DNA of 64,000 bases from Marsupella aquatica (taxonomy: Eukaryota; Plantae; Marchantiophyta), in contig OZ316895.1 of the NCBI GenBank assembly GCA_973895155.1, positions 6,220,687 to 6,284,686 of the forward strand. The letters are read 5' to 3'. Shown piece after piece: positions 40,619-52,943 of the stretch. Position numbers and translations under genes: made by a program. Position 1 is the stretch's first letter. Each line of letters begins with the position of its first letter. The notes below the pieces were generated by a model. It had not been told where the DNA came from, did no database searches, and saw nothing but the letters and a program-made list of their open reading frames with translations.

Positions 40619-41770
40619 TGTCCGGGTGACCGTGTTTTCTGGCAAGAGCATGTTGGCTCTTTTGAAGTTAACCTTGCATGCTTATAAGTTCTACACTAAA
40701 ATCAAAATGATAATTCTAGTAACAAGGGTAGTGGATATTAAGAAAGGTTCAGATGAAACTAAAATACTGTTAAACCCTATTTCACCATACTTGCGGACTA
40801 ACACATCACGAAAATTAGTTTTCTTACGACATATGATCCTAATATCTCCAAGAGAAAATGTAACAGGAATATCATTCGGACTCCTATTCAGATCCATGAC
40901 TTCAATAAAGGACAAAGATTATGCACTCCCACTCCTCTCGGTACGACACCACTGGGTATATTATTGGCTCGTTAGAAACCATAACAGCAGTTGCAAACTG
41001 AGCTCCAAAATGATAGGTTAGATGTTGCCTCATAGATGGTTTGTCTAAAAGATGGACTCTAATCAAAAACGGATTACGAAGGGGAAGATCAGGGATAACT
41101 CTCTCTCCTGGATTCATGATGGCTCATCTATTCCTTTGCTATCCGGGCCAAAGGATGCCCCACCCCTATATTCCCCGCTATATTCCCAAAGAAACCTTAT
41201 TCCCTAAGGTCCCATCTATAAATCTACCACTCATTCCTTTGTTATCCGGGCCAAAGGACGCCCCACTACTATGTTCAAGGCACAAAAGAGCTTCACAACC
41301 TTGAATGATAAACACTGCGGAATGAGGGGAGAGTGCCCCTCACCACTTTATTTATAGTGCACACCAAGAGGGCATGGATCAAGCCCAAGCACTTGGATGA
41401 AGGCCAAGTGTCAAACATCTAATACCTAAGAGTGTGCTAGTACTATTCATAGTTGGTGAAACTACTTTTAGTAGGTGGAACTACTATGCGTTGGTGGACC
41501 TACTATGCGTTGGTGGACCTATTGTGCATTGGTAGAACTACTATGCGCTGGTGGACCTACTGTGCGTTGGTAGAACCACTATGCGTTGGTGAATATTATT
41601 GTAGTTGGTGGAACTACTCACATGCATTGGTGGAACTTCTATAGTCCGTTAATATAGCTAAAGAAGTTTAATAAAGTTTAAATTTAATAATTTAACTACT
41701 AAATTACTTATATAATCTATAGCATATTAAAATAAACAATTTTTTTATAACTTAAGAGAAAATCATGACA
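40619..41770 (-). repeat. 3' LTR of Gypsy D
   Basis: Direct repeat of 47911-49069; TATA-like ctataaata on minus (~41350-41358). Confidence 0.96.
41447..41642. repeat. 19-bp tandem array in U3 of D LTR
   Basis: Unit ctactatgcgttggtggac/a, about 10 degenerate copies; the other LTR (48727-48941) has one more unit. Confidence 0.9.
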
Positions 41771-41823
41771 CATCACCCCTACCAAACCTGTGCATCCTCC
41801 GGTATGCACCACACCTAGAATCG

Positions 41824-44800
41824 CTACATGTCTTCTTCATCTAAAGCCTCATAGTCGTCGGGTTCAAACTCTTTTTCTGTCACAAATCGAGTTCGTCGTT
41901 TAAACAATTTCACTCGCTTCCCTGCATAGGGATTACGATGAATTGCTCCATCAAGTTCTCTTACCACATATGTTGCATTAGGACGAACCTCCTCCACCAC
42001 AAATGGTCCTCTCCAACGACGTGCAAACTTCTTTAGAGTAGAATGTTGCTGTTCCAACCCTCCCTCATAGATCAAGACCCAATCTCCATTTTGGATGGGA
42101 ATTGGTCTCAAACGATGGGTCTTGTCAAATCGTTCCTTATTCTTCTCACGAGCCTCCTTTAGCCTTAGTAACGCCTCCTCAATCTTCTCCTTGGTCTGGC
42201 TAAAGTGCTCAATCCTTCGCTCCAGCAACTTTTCTCGGGAGATTCTATCTTGCCATTCAATCATCCTTCAACTCTGAACATTTTCCTCAATCGACATCAA
42301 AGGCAAATGTCCATAGACTAATTCGGCAGGCGTAATTCCTGTTGTGGTAGTGCATGTCATTTGATCTGCCAAAAGAGCAAATGGTAGAAGATTGGGCCAA
42401 AGCGATGGTTTTCCTCGGCAAGATTTCACCAAGGCATTCACTATCGGTGGGTGCCCTTGCTCAATCTTTCCATTTCCTTCTGGGTTGTAGGCAGTAGTGA
42501 GTTTGAGCTTGATGTTGAACCGGTCGAAAAATTCTGCAGCCTCTTCGGAATTCAGCTCTCCTCTATCTGCTCTCATTTGCACAAAACAACCATGACGTGC
42601 TATAACATCTTCAAGTATGAACCTGCATACTGCTTCTGTAGTGTTAGAGGTTAAAGCCCTTCCTTCAACATAAGAAGATAAATCTTCTCTTGCAAGGACA
42701 AGGTACTTTGCCCCCCTAATTCCCCGTGGCATGTGCACCACATCTACTGCCCACTGAAAATGTAAAGAAAGAGGACTAGTGGGATTAAGTCCATCTCTAA
42801 ACCGAACTTTAGAGTAATACTGACAACTCTCACAAGATCCAACATAGGATTTTACATCCACATACATGCCTGACCACCAGTACCACCTTTGAACCCGCTC
42901 ATAGGTAGCTCTAACTCCTCGATGTCCTGCTTCAACAATATCATGAGAATCCCATAAGACTCTCTTCTTCTCTTCATCTGTATCAAGAACTTTCTTCTTC
43001 TCTTCATCTTCAAAGACTTTCTCCATAAAACACCATCCTTGAGCATGAACTTGTAAGCCTTCTTCCGTAATTGTTGAAACTTCTCTTCTATCATTTCAAC
43101 AGGCCTTTGAAGAGTACTAAGGTACCTTCCAATCAAGAGCAACTCTCCAGAATAGAGCTCCTCTCGAAATGTTAAGACCTCAAACTCTCCAATCATCACT
43201 TGAACTGCCTCCACTTCATTCTGATCATAGCGGGCTCTTGAAAGCATATCTGCTACTGGATTATCTTTTCCAGCAATGTGTCGAAGCTCGGGGTTGATCA
43301 TCCTAATAAAAGCTATCCAACGTAGCATAGCAATGTCTGGAGTATCACAGTTAGCAATCATCCCTAAAAGTGGTAAACAATCAGTCTCAAGAATGACTTG
43401 TGCTCCAATCAAGTAGACTTTTTCTTGACACAAGGCTATCCTTGCTCCCCACAACTCTCGCTTGATTTGAGGGTAATGCCTTTGCCTTGCTGAAAAGATC
43501 TTAGCTCCAAACCTTGCTGCAAATCTTCTCCCCTCCTCATCATCTTGCCCTACCGCCCATCCAGCAGCATCAGGACTTGAATCTACAGTGACAATGATGG
43601 GTCTTCCATCATAGCATAAGGGACGTAAAACAAGGGGGCTAAGTAAGGCCTCCTTTAACTTTTGCATAGCCTCCTTATGTGCCTCTATCCAAACAAAGTG
43701 CACATTCTTCCTCAATAATCCGTACAAAGGATCAGCAATATGTGCAAAGTGAGGAATCCAGATCCTATAGAACAAGCAAGCGCCAAGGAACCTTCGCACC
43801 TCCGAAGTTGTCCTACAATCTTTCATCTGATTGATTGCATCTACTTTTCCTCCATTTGGCTTCCTCCCATAAACTCCACAAATTTGTCCTACAATTAGGA
43901 CTTCACGAAGCCCAAATGAAGATTTCTCACCAGAAAGAGTGAGCCCAACCTCAATCAACCTCTTCAAGATTGCTTTCACATCTTGAATGTGCTCCCATAC
44001 AAATTGTCGCAAACCATCTTCACGTATAGTCTCATCTTTCTTTGTCTCCAAGCATCCCTTGATTGGCATATCATCAAGGAATGGCTGTGTCTTCTCTGGA
44101 ATGAAACAGTGTAATACCTTATTCATGGCATTCTGCATGTGAGCCATCGAGTTGGTTGCCCCTTGAGGCAAGGTACACATGCAAAGTAGCCCCAAAGGTG
44201 TCCTCATAGTGGTGATATCTCTACTACTCTGAGCCAACTGAAACTGATCATAGCCTGAATAGAGGTCACCACATGAATAGATGGCTCTACCAGCAAATTT
44301 TTTCGCAAACTCATCTACTATAGGTCCTATTCCAGTATTGCGAATAGTAACTTTGTTAGGTGGTTGCATGTCCTGAATAAATCTAAGTTTACCATTTTTC
44401 TTACGAATGGTAAACCAACGATTAGAATAAGATGCATTTGTTCTTTCCAAAATCCTAGTGGAAAGCTTCTCCTTTAATAGATCAATAAGTTTAGGTAACA
44501 AAGCCTTGGGCACTGGAATGGGTTTCAAGTCCCAAGGAACATGCGGGACAGTGAAAATTACCATAGGAGTAACAACACTAGGATCCACACATCCCATCTC
44601 TTCAGGACAAAAGGCAAAAGCCTTATCATGCTCACCAATCATTTGCTGAAACTCTTCTCTCTCTTCTTTTGTCAGCAACCCATCATCACCAATCCTTAGT
44701 TGATTAAGGGTCTCCTTCGTGAATTTGTGGCCAATCTTAGTCCGATCTCTAAGACTGGTCTCTTTACCTGCCTTCTCCAAAATCTCCCTAGCATCCAAAG

Positions 44801-45221
44801 GTAAAGGAATTGCTGCTGGTCTCACTTTCTTCTCCACTGTTTTGTACTTGGTGTTGACCTCAACAAATTGAGATAACTCGCCATACAGCTCATGATTGAT
44901 TTCCATATGAGCTTTCCCCTCTGAAAGACCTTCAATTATTTCTTTCAAAGATATTTCTACTCCTTCTTCATCTAGAAGGCCTTCAATCTCTTCACTTTCC
45001 TCTAGCAATCCATGTATTTGCATAGTATCCTCAATCCTTGCAATTTTCTTTTTGAATTTTTTAGTAGCTTCACACACTTTCACATAAGAAATTCGATAAT
45101 GCAAGCTTTCACCTTCAAATGAGCTTGCCAACAAACTATTCACATTCCAAGTCACCAGCGGGTCATTGGCAATGGCGCCCCGCCTTCCCGCATTGCTTAA
45201 CGAGACGCCTTCCGGAAATCC
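41824..45221 (-). pseudogene. Gypsy D pol (RT, RNase H, integrase), with one frameshift (~43030) and one stop (42268)
   Basis: DLYSGYDQF, LPQGATNS, FLDD; VTVDSS, KRELWG, ETDC, DNPVADMLSR; H-x5-H...CESC zinc finger; VDVV, ADRG, NGKIE; GPF; no chromodomain. Confidence 0.93.
45174..45221 (-). promoter_or_regulatory. Putative -1 programmed ribosomal frameshift signal
   Basis: G_GAU_UUC (45221-45215), 5-nt spacer, 9-bp stem GGCGUCUCG/CGGGGCGCC; the pol frame opens immediately after a TGA at the heptamer. Confidence 0.75.
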
Positions 45222-47764
45222 TCATTTCCCTCCTTGGGTTCAGGTCCTCTCAACTCCTTCCGATTCCTCCAATGTCCAGGTTTCACTACAAGAAATTGGA
45301 TAACCCGCAATTCATCCCGACTCCTTACCTTTGCCATATGAGTGCCATCTGGTAGGACCTTGTATTCCATTCGAGCTTGAGTAATGTAAGGCTGCCCTAG
45401 AATGAGATCATAGGGCAAGCTATCATGCACAAAGATGTTAGTTGGTTCTATCACATGGCCAACCTTCACTGATACTCGGACAGGGCATCCTCCCCAAAGC
45501 ATATTCTTTGAACGATTGATTGAGTTGACAGACCATTGAGTATCACAATCAATCATCCATTGCCCAAGATCATAGATGCTTCTTGACATTAGATTCACCT
45601 CATATCCTGTGTCAATCAATGCTCGAGCTTTGCCCTCCATTCCTACAAGCTCTACCTCCACAACTGAGCAAGTTCTTGCCCAAAACGGCTCCAAGATGGA
45701 CTCCTTGTCGTCTCCTGAATCAGAATTCTTCATAGTTGAAGCACACATGACCCACACACTTTGTGAGGCCTTGAGCACCTCTTCATGACTAATTTTTGCC
45801 ATATCTTGGGTCACTGCAAATCCTGTTGTTGCTTTCGCCAATAGTTTCCACCTCTCCAATACCTCAACTCCTGACATCGTTGGTTCAGGAACTTCCTTTG
45901 CTGAAGACCCTAGCATCTGTGGTCTAGGGATCTTCTCCGCATTTACTTGATACACTTCACACTCCACACTGGCCTGAGAAACAATTGAACCTTCTCCATC
46001 TTCATCAACATCAGAAAAAACCTCCATTCCCAAGGCATGAGGTCCTTCCTTGTAAAATCGCTTTCGTTTCACCTTTGCAAGTAATGCATCTTGAGCCTTG
46101 GAGTTCATGCAAGCAAAAAACTCCTCATTGGTGACTCCGCTCACCTCCGCTTTCCAAAACTTCTCAGCAACTTGATCATACGCAATGTGTTGCTCAACAT
46201 CTCTTCCAAGGACCCAACCAGGTCCTTTCTTTTCCACCTTCTCTTTTTTTACCACTTCCATCTCCTTTGAGGATGAAGGAGTCGAAGTAGGCTCCTTTGT
46301 TGTACTTCCTCTATCTTCAAATCGAACACTCCTCCTTGTTGGGACTCTTGATGATGGCTGCAAAATAGAGGGTCCAAGCTCAACCTTTTGTTTTCCTTTG
46401 GCACGTTCTTCCAAAGGTTCCGACGACTTTCGTTTCTCCTCTACCATAGAATCCCATAGAGATCCCACTTCTGCAGTGAAAGAAGAGATCAACACTGGAT
46501 CACTCCAACCTGACTTCCTCCTTACAAACTCTGCTAGTCTCTTCTTGTCTGTCTCTGTTGATGAAGAACTCCCAAAGAGGGTGTAAACATCTGCTTCATG
46601 CTCATCCTGATCTCCAAAAGCTGCTGCAATGGCTGAAGTATGATGTTCAGTCATTCTTCTCTCCACCAACACCTTCATACCGCCCTTGTTTGTGTTTACT
46701 GGAATAAGCTCTCCTGAATCATGATAAGCAAGCTTTCTTATGCCATCATGATCAATGAACTTGACTCTTCTCTCTCTCAGAGCAACATAAAGCTCTCCAC
46801 ATTCACGCCTTGAGTGCTCCTTACTATCACACCAAATACAATTCTAACTCCTTGCTCCGCCAATGGAACTCCCAGCTCCTGGACCACCTCTTGACGCTGA
46901 TTTTGATGCACCTCCTCCCATCTGCTCGAAGGCTTGGGTGGCAAGAATGGTAAGATTTTTTATGAGTTCAGACAACTCATCCATTTTGTCCATGCTTTTC
47001 TCACCCCTACCAGTTGTTGACTCTATTTTCTCCATTCTCCTCATAGAAGTCACAGGTGCAACCGCATGTAGAGCACCTTCATGACTCAGCTTCTTTCTTC
47101 TATGCTTTTGGCTGACCCTAAGCACAGCAATCTCAATCTCCTCCCAAGTTGATGGACTGGCTCCACGACTTGGGTTCATCAATTCCAGAGCAAGCTCCAA
47201 CTCGTCTTGAAGCTTCTCATCAGCAGCTCGGATAAGTAAAGTAGCCTTCTGTACCTTGATAACTTTAGAACCAATCTCAGGAAGCTGATTGAACTTCTTC
47301 GTAAACTCCCTTATCAGTTCTTGAGGTCCCAACTTCTTGCTTCTATCGGCCACCCAATCAAGGAAAGATGCTTGAGTAACTCGATCTGGATCTTCAAGCT
47401 GAAATTCTTCTTTCATCTTCAACTCAAAGACCTTCCATGCTTTCTCCCCAGTAGCTCCATCTATCAAGGTAGTAACAATTCCCTTGAGTTCAGGTTCTAC
47501 TAAAGATACAAACTCCTTGACTGCAACTTCTGCATCAATCTTATGAATTGCAGCCTCCGTCCAGTACCCCTTGAGATACTTGGTTACATTTCGCCCATCA
47601 AATTCTCCTTGCTTGGTAAGAACCGAGTGTAGGTACTTCGTGGTCCTACCAAGCAACTCCTTCTTCTTGTTCTCCTCCATCTCCTTCTCCTTCATTCCAT
47701 GTAAGTAAGCAGCAATCAAGGATGAAAACCTCTCCATGTCAGTTGGCTTCATCTCAGTTCCCAT
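45197..47764 (-). pseudogene. Gypsy D ORF1: gag plus aspartic protease, one premature TAG (46844-46)
   Basis: FDGRNVTKYL; zinc knuckle CIWCDSKEHSRREC just after the stop; ALIDTGYEVNLM and LILGQPY. Confidence 0.92.
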
Positions 47765-47910
47765 GATTGCAATTCTTCCCTCTTGACTTAATAATATAAA
47801 CAAGTTAAGAACTCAAAGTTCCAAAACCATATCTCTCTTCATCCAATAGAACTCAAACATGCACAAGCTAACTTCCAAATCCAGCGATTCCCCAGTATGG
47901 TCGCCACTTA

Positions 47911-49069
47911 TGTCCGGGTGACCGTGTTTTCTGGCAAGAGCATGTTGGCTCTTTTGAAGTTAACCTTGCATGCTTATAAGTTCTACACTAAAATCAAAAT
48001 GATAATTCTAGTAACAAGGTTAGTGGATATTAAGAAAGGTTCAGATGAAACTAAAATACTGTTAAACCCTATTTCACCATACTTGCGGATCAACACATCA
48101 CGAAAATTAGTTTTCTTACGACATATGATCCTAATATCTCCAAGAGAAAATGTAACAGGAATATCATTCGGACTCCTATTCAGATCCATGACTTCAATAA
48201 AGGACAAAGATTATGCACTCCCACTCCTCTCGGTACGACACCACTGGGTATATTATTGGCTCGTTAGAAACCATAACAGCAGTTGCAAACTGAGCTCCAA
48301 AATGATAGGTTAGATGTTGCCTCATAGATGGTTTGTCTAAAAGATGGACTCTAATCAAAAACGGATTACGAAGGGGAAGATCAGGGATAACTCTCTCTCC
48401 TGGATTCATGATGGCTCATCTATTCCTTTGCTATCCGGGCCAAAGGACGCCCCACCCCTATATTCCCAAAGAAACCTTATTCCCTAAGGTCCCATCTATA
48501 AATCTATCACTCATTCCTTTGTTATCCGGGCCAAAGGACGCCCCACTACTATGTTCAAGGCACAAAAGAGCTTCACAACCTTGAATGATAAACACTGCGG
48601 AATGAGGGGAGAGTGCCCCTCACCACTTTATTTATAGTGCATACCAAGAGGGCATGGATCAAGCCCAAGCACTTGGATGAAGGCCAAGTGTCAAACATCT
48701 AATACCTAAGAGTGTGCTAGTACTATTCATAGTTGGTGAAACTACTTTTAGTAGGTGGAACTACCATGCGTTGGTGGAACTACTATGCGTTGGTGGACCT
48801 ACTATGCGTTGGTGGACCTACTGTGCGTTGGTAGAACTACTATGCGCTGGTGGACCTACTGTGCGTTGGTAGAACCACTATGCGTTGGTGAATATTATTG
48901 TAGTTGGTGGAACTACTCACATGCATTGGTGGAACTTCTATAGTCCGTTAATATAGCTAAAGAAGTTTAATAAAGTTTAAATTTAATAATTTAACTACTA
49001 AATTACTTATATAATCTATAGCATATTAAAACAAACAATTTTTTTATAACTTAAAAGAAAATTACGACA
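47911..49069 (-). repeat. 5' LTR of Gypsy D
   Basis: TG...CA, adjacent to the PBS. Confidence 0.96.
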
Positions 49070-50497
49070 GCGGAGTGCCTTAGCCCGTTGCGACTGGGCC
49101 GACCCAGTGCTCATGCCTAGGCCCTCAGGTCTCATCGCCGCTCGGGGCCCCCGACCGACCTAACTCGGATCGGGCCGTAACTTGCGCCTCAAGCGTCCGT
49201 TGCCCATGGCGTCAACTCCATTGGGCTTGGGCCCAAGAGGAGCTCACACTCAAGCCCTCAGAACTCAAACTCCATCCGGAGGTCCGGACAACCATCCTTG
49301 AGCCCGGCCCATTTTGCCTTGACCCGACCAGCTATCAGCTAGTCCAAGTCCTTAGTGTGTGTCCCCAGCTTGGCTCCTTGCCTCGCTAGTGCCACGTCTC
49401 ATTGCCCACAAGTCTCCCCATGCTAAGTCCTCCCCGGATGGCCTATCCGGGCCTGGACCATAAGGAAGCTCGGCGTCGGAGTCAGCGACATCGGAGCTAA
49501 GTGTTAAGGTAGTCGAGTTCCGCGACTGTCAAACACACTCCTGTAAAAACCTTGTGACTGAATCCAATCATCAAACTGTTTGTTCCACTGTCTTGGTGAT
49601 TGCTTCAACCCATACAAGGATTTCAGCAATCTACAAACCAGTTCCTTCTGTCCTCTCTTCACAAAACCTAGCGGCTATCTCATGAAGATCACCTCTTCCA
49701 AGGTGCCATAGAGGAAAGTTGTGACAACATCCATCTGATCTAGCAACAGACCAAACATTACAACAAGCACACACAATAGCCGTATTGTTGAGTACTTAGC
49801 AAATGGTGAAAAGACCTCATTGTAATCCACACAATCATTTTTCCTGTGTGAATCCCTTGGCTACCAACCTAGCCTTGTAGACCTTTGATCCACCTCCCGT
49901 AGACTAATCCTTCAGCTTGTATATCCACTTGTTGTCCACCACTTGCTGTCCCTCAAGCAGCTTGACAAGCTTCCAAGTTTTGTTGTCCTTCAATGATTGC
50001 ATCTTTGTTTGCATTGTTGCAGTCCACTCCTGCTTCTCATTTGAAGCACTTGCCTCATGAAATGAAGAAAGTTTCCCTTCTTCCAAAACCAACGCATCAC
50101 CCTCATCATCAGCTGCAAAATTGTCCTCTTGCAATTGAGATGAATCAACCCACTGTCCATACCTAGGAGGAGCGCGTACAATGCGACCAGATGTTCTTCT
50201 AGTTGATGACTCCGGTTGAATTGCATCTACTGGTACAATTTGAAGCTTGGCAGCATCCACTTGCTGCTCACCAGCATCAACAAACTCCTCTTGTTCCTCT
50301 GGCATAGGAACCAGCTCCATACTTGGAGCACCTCCTTCTCTCCGATCATGCATTTCATGATCAATCTCCCCCTCAACAAGATCCGAAATAGAAGATTTTC
50401 CTTTGTCAGTACAGAAGACCTGAGTATTCTCCCCCTCCTTCAATAATCTGGATTCATTGAAGAAAACATCCCTACTGACAACAAGGTTACAGGCAAT

Positions 50498-51462
50498 CCT
50501 TGGGCCCTCACTAAGGGAAATGTAATGAGATATACCTGTGACCAAAGCCTTCTTAGGTACCCCTTGTTATATTTTGGAGGAACATTTAAATTTATCTTGT
50601 TTGTTCTAAAAAGAAATTTTAGTCCTATATAAAATCCTCCTAGGTAATTATAATCCTTGATATTTTAGGATTTACTATACCCTTCATTTGTTATAAAAAC
50701 AAGGTTTAGATGATGCATATAAGCATCTTCTTCACATCGGGCCGTCCATTCCAGGGCAACCTCCCATTGAACGACTCCAAGAACCCAAAACCCAGGTTAC
50801 ACCCAAATATGAGAGGGTTGGGGAGGAGGTTTAGGGTTTAGGGTTCTCGTGTGAGAACTGGTACAAGAGACTAACCCTATCATATACCCTAAACCAATGA
50901 GACTATGACTCAAACTATGAGACGTGGACCAATCAAATGCTGACACCTATCATGGAGTATTTGCATACCCCACCAGCTAATGTATATAATGGGCAATCAA
51001 ATTTACAATAGTCTTTATTCCTTCTAACCTAGACTACGCATATATGATGCCCTAGTTCATTCTAATGTTGTTCTAATATTATTTTCAAAATAGATTTAAA
51101 ATACCCGTCTGACGTTTGCTACTGTTAGAGCCATCACGGAGTATGTTGAGCCACTCAAGTTTATCACAAGAATTTTGGGCAGAAGCTGTAAATACTGCAA
51201 CTTATTTGGAAAATCTTTCTCCTTCTAGTGCAATCAATTTCAAAACGTTGTTTGAAATGCGTTATAAGCGGCAAGCAGACTATCATGGCTTGGTAGTGTT
51301 TGGAAGTGATGCATATGCTCTCACACCAAAGCAGAATATGACCAAATTGGATCCTACATCCAAGAAATATATTTTTCTTGGGTATCAGAGTGGTGTGAAG
51401 GCCTATAGGCTATGGGATCCTATTGCCTGCCCTGGGCCCTCAGCTTATGAAATAACAAAACA
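50498..51462. mobile_element. MITE G (~650 bp) with 8-bp TSD, rearranged by an inversion
   Basis: TIRs ccttgggccctca (50498) and ccctgggccctca (51430) in direct orientation; TSD caggcaat (50490-97) appears inverted as attgcctg (51422-29). Confidence 0.75.
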
Positions 51463-52943
51463 CCAGCAACACCATTTTGCTATGGAGTATAAATTATGGT
51501 GAGATGGCGAGTTATCCCCTATTTAGCACAGTACTCTTCAAATTCTACTGAAGTGTACTCCCCACCATTGTCTGACCTCAGACTCTTCACCCTTGTATCC
51601 AAAACCTTAACCGTGTTTCCCATCTGCTTCTCCACTTGGGCTTTCTACTTTATACAAATGGACAAGACATCAGATTTATGCGTCATGAAATAAATCCATA
51701 CAAATCTTGAATAATCGTCAATAAAGGATACATAGTACAATTTTCCAGAGTGTGAGGGAGTCGAGGATGGTCCCCACACGTCACTATGTATGTACTCAAG
51801 AACCGCTTTGGAACAATGAGTTCCAACACCGAAAGCACGACGATGCTGCTTTCCAAAAATGTAATGCTCATAGAAATCCAATTTACAAGACTGCAAATAA
51901 AAAATGAGCTCATTATTCCGCAAGATAGCCAAACCCTTTTCACTCATGTGGCCTAGCCGTGAATGCCATAGTTGAGTCATTTCCTCGTGAGACTTGGTTA
52001 TATTGGCCTCTCCACATACTGTATTGCCCTACAGCACATACAAATTCTTGTGTCTGCTCCCCTTCAAAATCACTGTCTCTCCCGACATGACTTGAAGTTT
52101 ACCATCAATTACTCGCCATTGATGACCATTTATATCCAACACACCGAGTGAAATCAAATTTTTATGCATGCCAAGTACAAACCTGACTCCGAACACTGTG
52201 CGCACAATGCCATCAAACATTTGAATCTTTATAGACCCAATACCCTTAACTCGACAAGAGTGATCATTTCCCATCAAAACTAAATCGTTTGACACAAAAT
52301 AAGAATTGAAATACTCACAAATATAACAAATGTGAAAAGAGCAAGCGCAATCAAGAATCCACACATAATTTTCTCTCCTAGAGGATGGGCATAGGGTATA
52401 CTCCTGACTTCATAAAACATACTCATCATTGAGTAAATCAACTTCTCCATCAGCACTAGCCACATTGGCTGATGAAGATTCAGCTGCCTTACCCTTACAA
52501 TCCCTCTTAATGTGACCAACCTTGTGACACTTCCAACAGACTACTAGCTTTCTCTATTGGGACTTCCTCCTTGAAGCAAATATTGTCCTAGATTTACTTA
52601 ATCCCTTGCCATTCATGCGCTACTCGGGATGCCGTTGTGACCTCCCACGATTCACATTCAAGGTAGCACCAGATGACGATGCTGTCTAGGCTTGATCCAA
52701 TTTCTTTGTGCATTATCTGACGGCAAAGAGCTTATCACCTCATTGTATGAAATAGACTTCAGATTTCTATACAAGAGAACCTGCTTCAAACCCTGATAAG
52801 ATGGTGGTAAGGGGCTGAGAAGAAGCAAGGCCTTGTCCTCTTCTTCAATGCCCTTACCGAGATTAGACAAATCAACAGCTAGGCTATCGAATTCATCCAA
52901 GTGATCTTGAAGCTTGTTCCCCTCTTTGAGCCTAAGGCTCATC

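Larger units (their letters stand above)
40619..49069 (-). mobile_element. Element D: near-intact Ty3/Gypsy LTR retrotransposon (non-chromovirus)
   Basis: LTRs 40619-41770 and 47911-49069 (~99% identical by eye); 4-bp TSD GCGG (40615-18, 49070-73); PBS TGGCGACCATACTGGGG (47890-47906, tRNA-Arg-like); PPT-like ggtaggggtgatg (41771-83); gag-PR / RT-RH-INT. Confidence 0.96.
25167..49527. mobile_element. Element B: 1463-bp non-coding insertion with AGT...ACT ends (probable solo LTR), split by C and D
   Basis: Pieces 25167-25512, 39956-40618, 49074-49527; TSD GTCAA (25162-66, 49528-32); removal restores RSVFDPCVY in A's RT; ends AGTGGTGGACCTCG / CGAGTTCCGCGACT (11 of 14 inverted match). Confidence 0.85.

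Noticed and set aside
40626-41304. Duplicated ORFs (also 47897-48584) as paralogous genes
   Set aside because: They are duplicated only because they lie in the two LTRs of D; no recognisable domain.
41447-41642. 19-bp repeat array as a CRISPR array
   Set aside because: Units are contiguous with no unique spacers, lie inside both LTRs, and there are no cas genes in this eukaryotic context.
25167-49527. Element B as a Polinton/Maverick because of AG...CT ends
   Set aside because: Only 1.46 kb, no long TIRs, no polB/integrase/capsid ORFs and a 5-bp TSD.
51116-51502. Plus-strand integrase ORF as an independent Copia insertion
   Set aside because: It is exactly the segment missing from element A and shares the inverted TSD, so it is an inversion.
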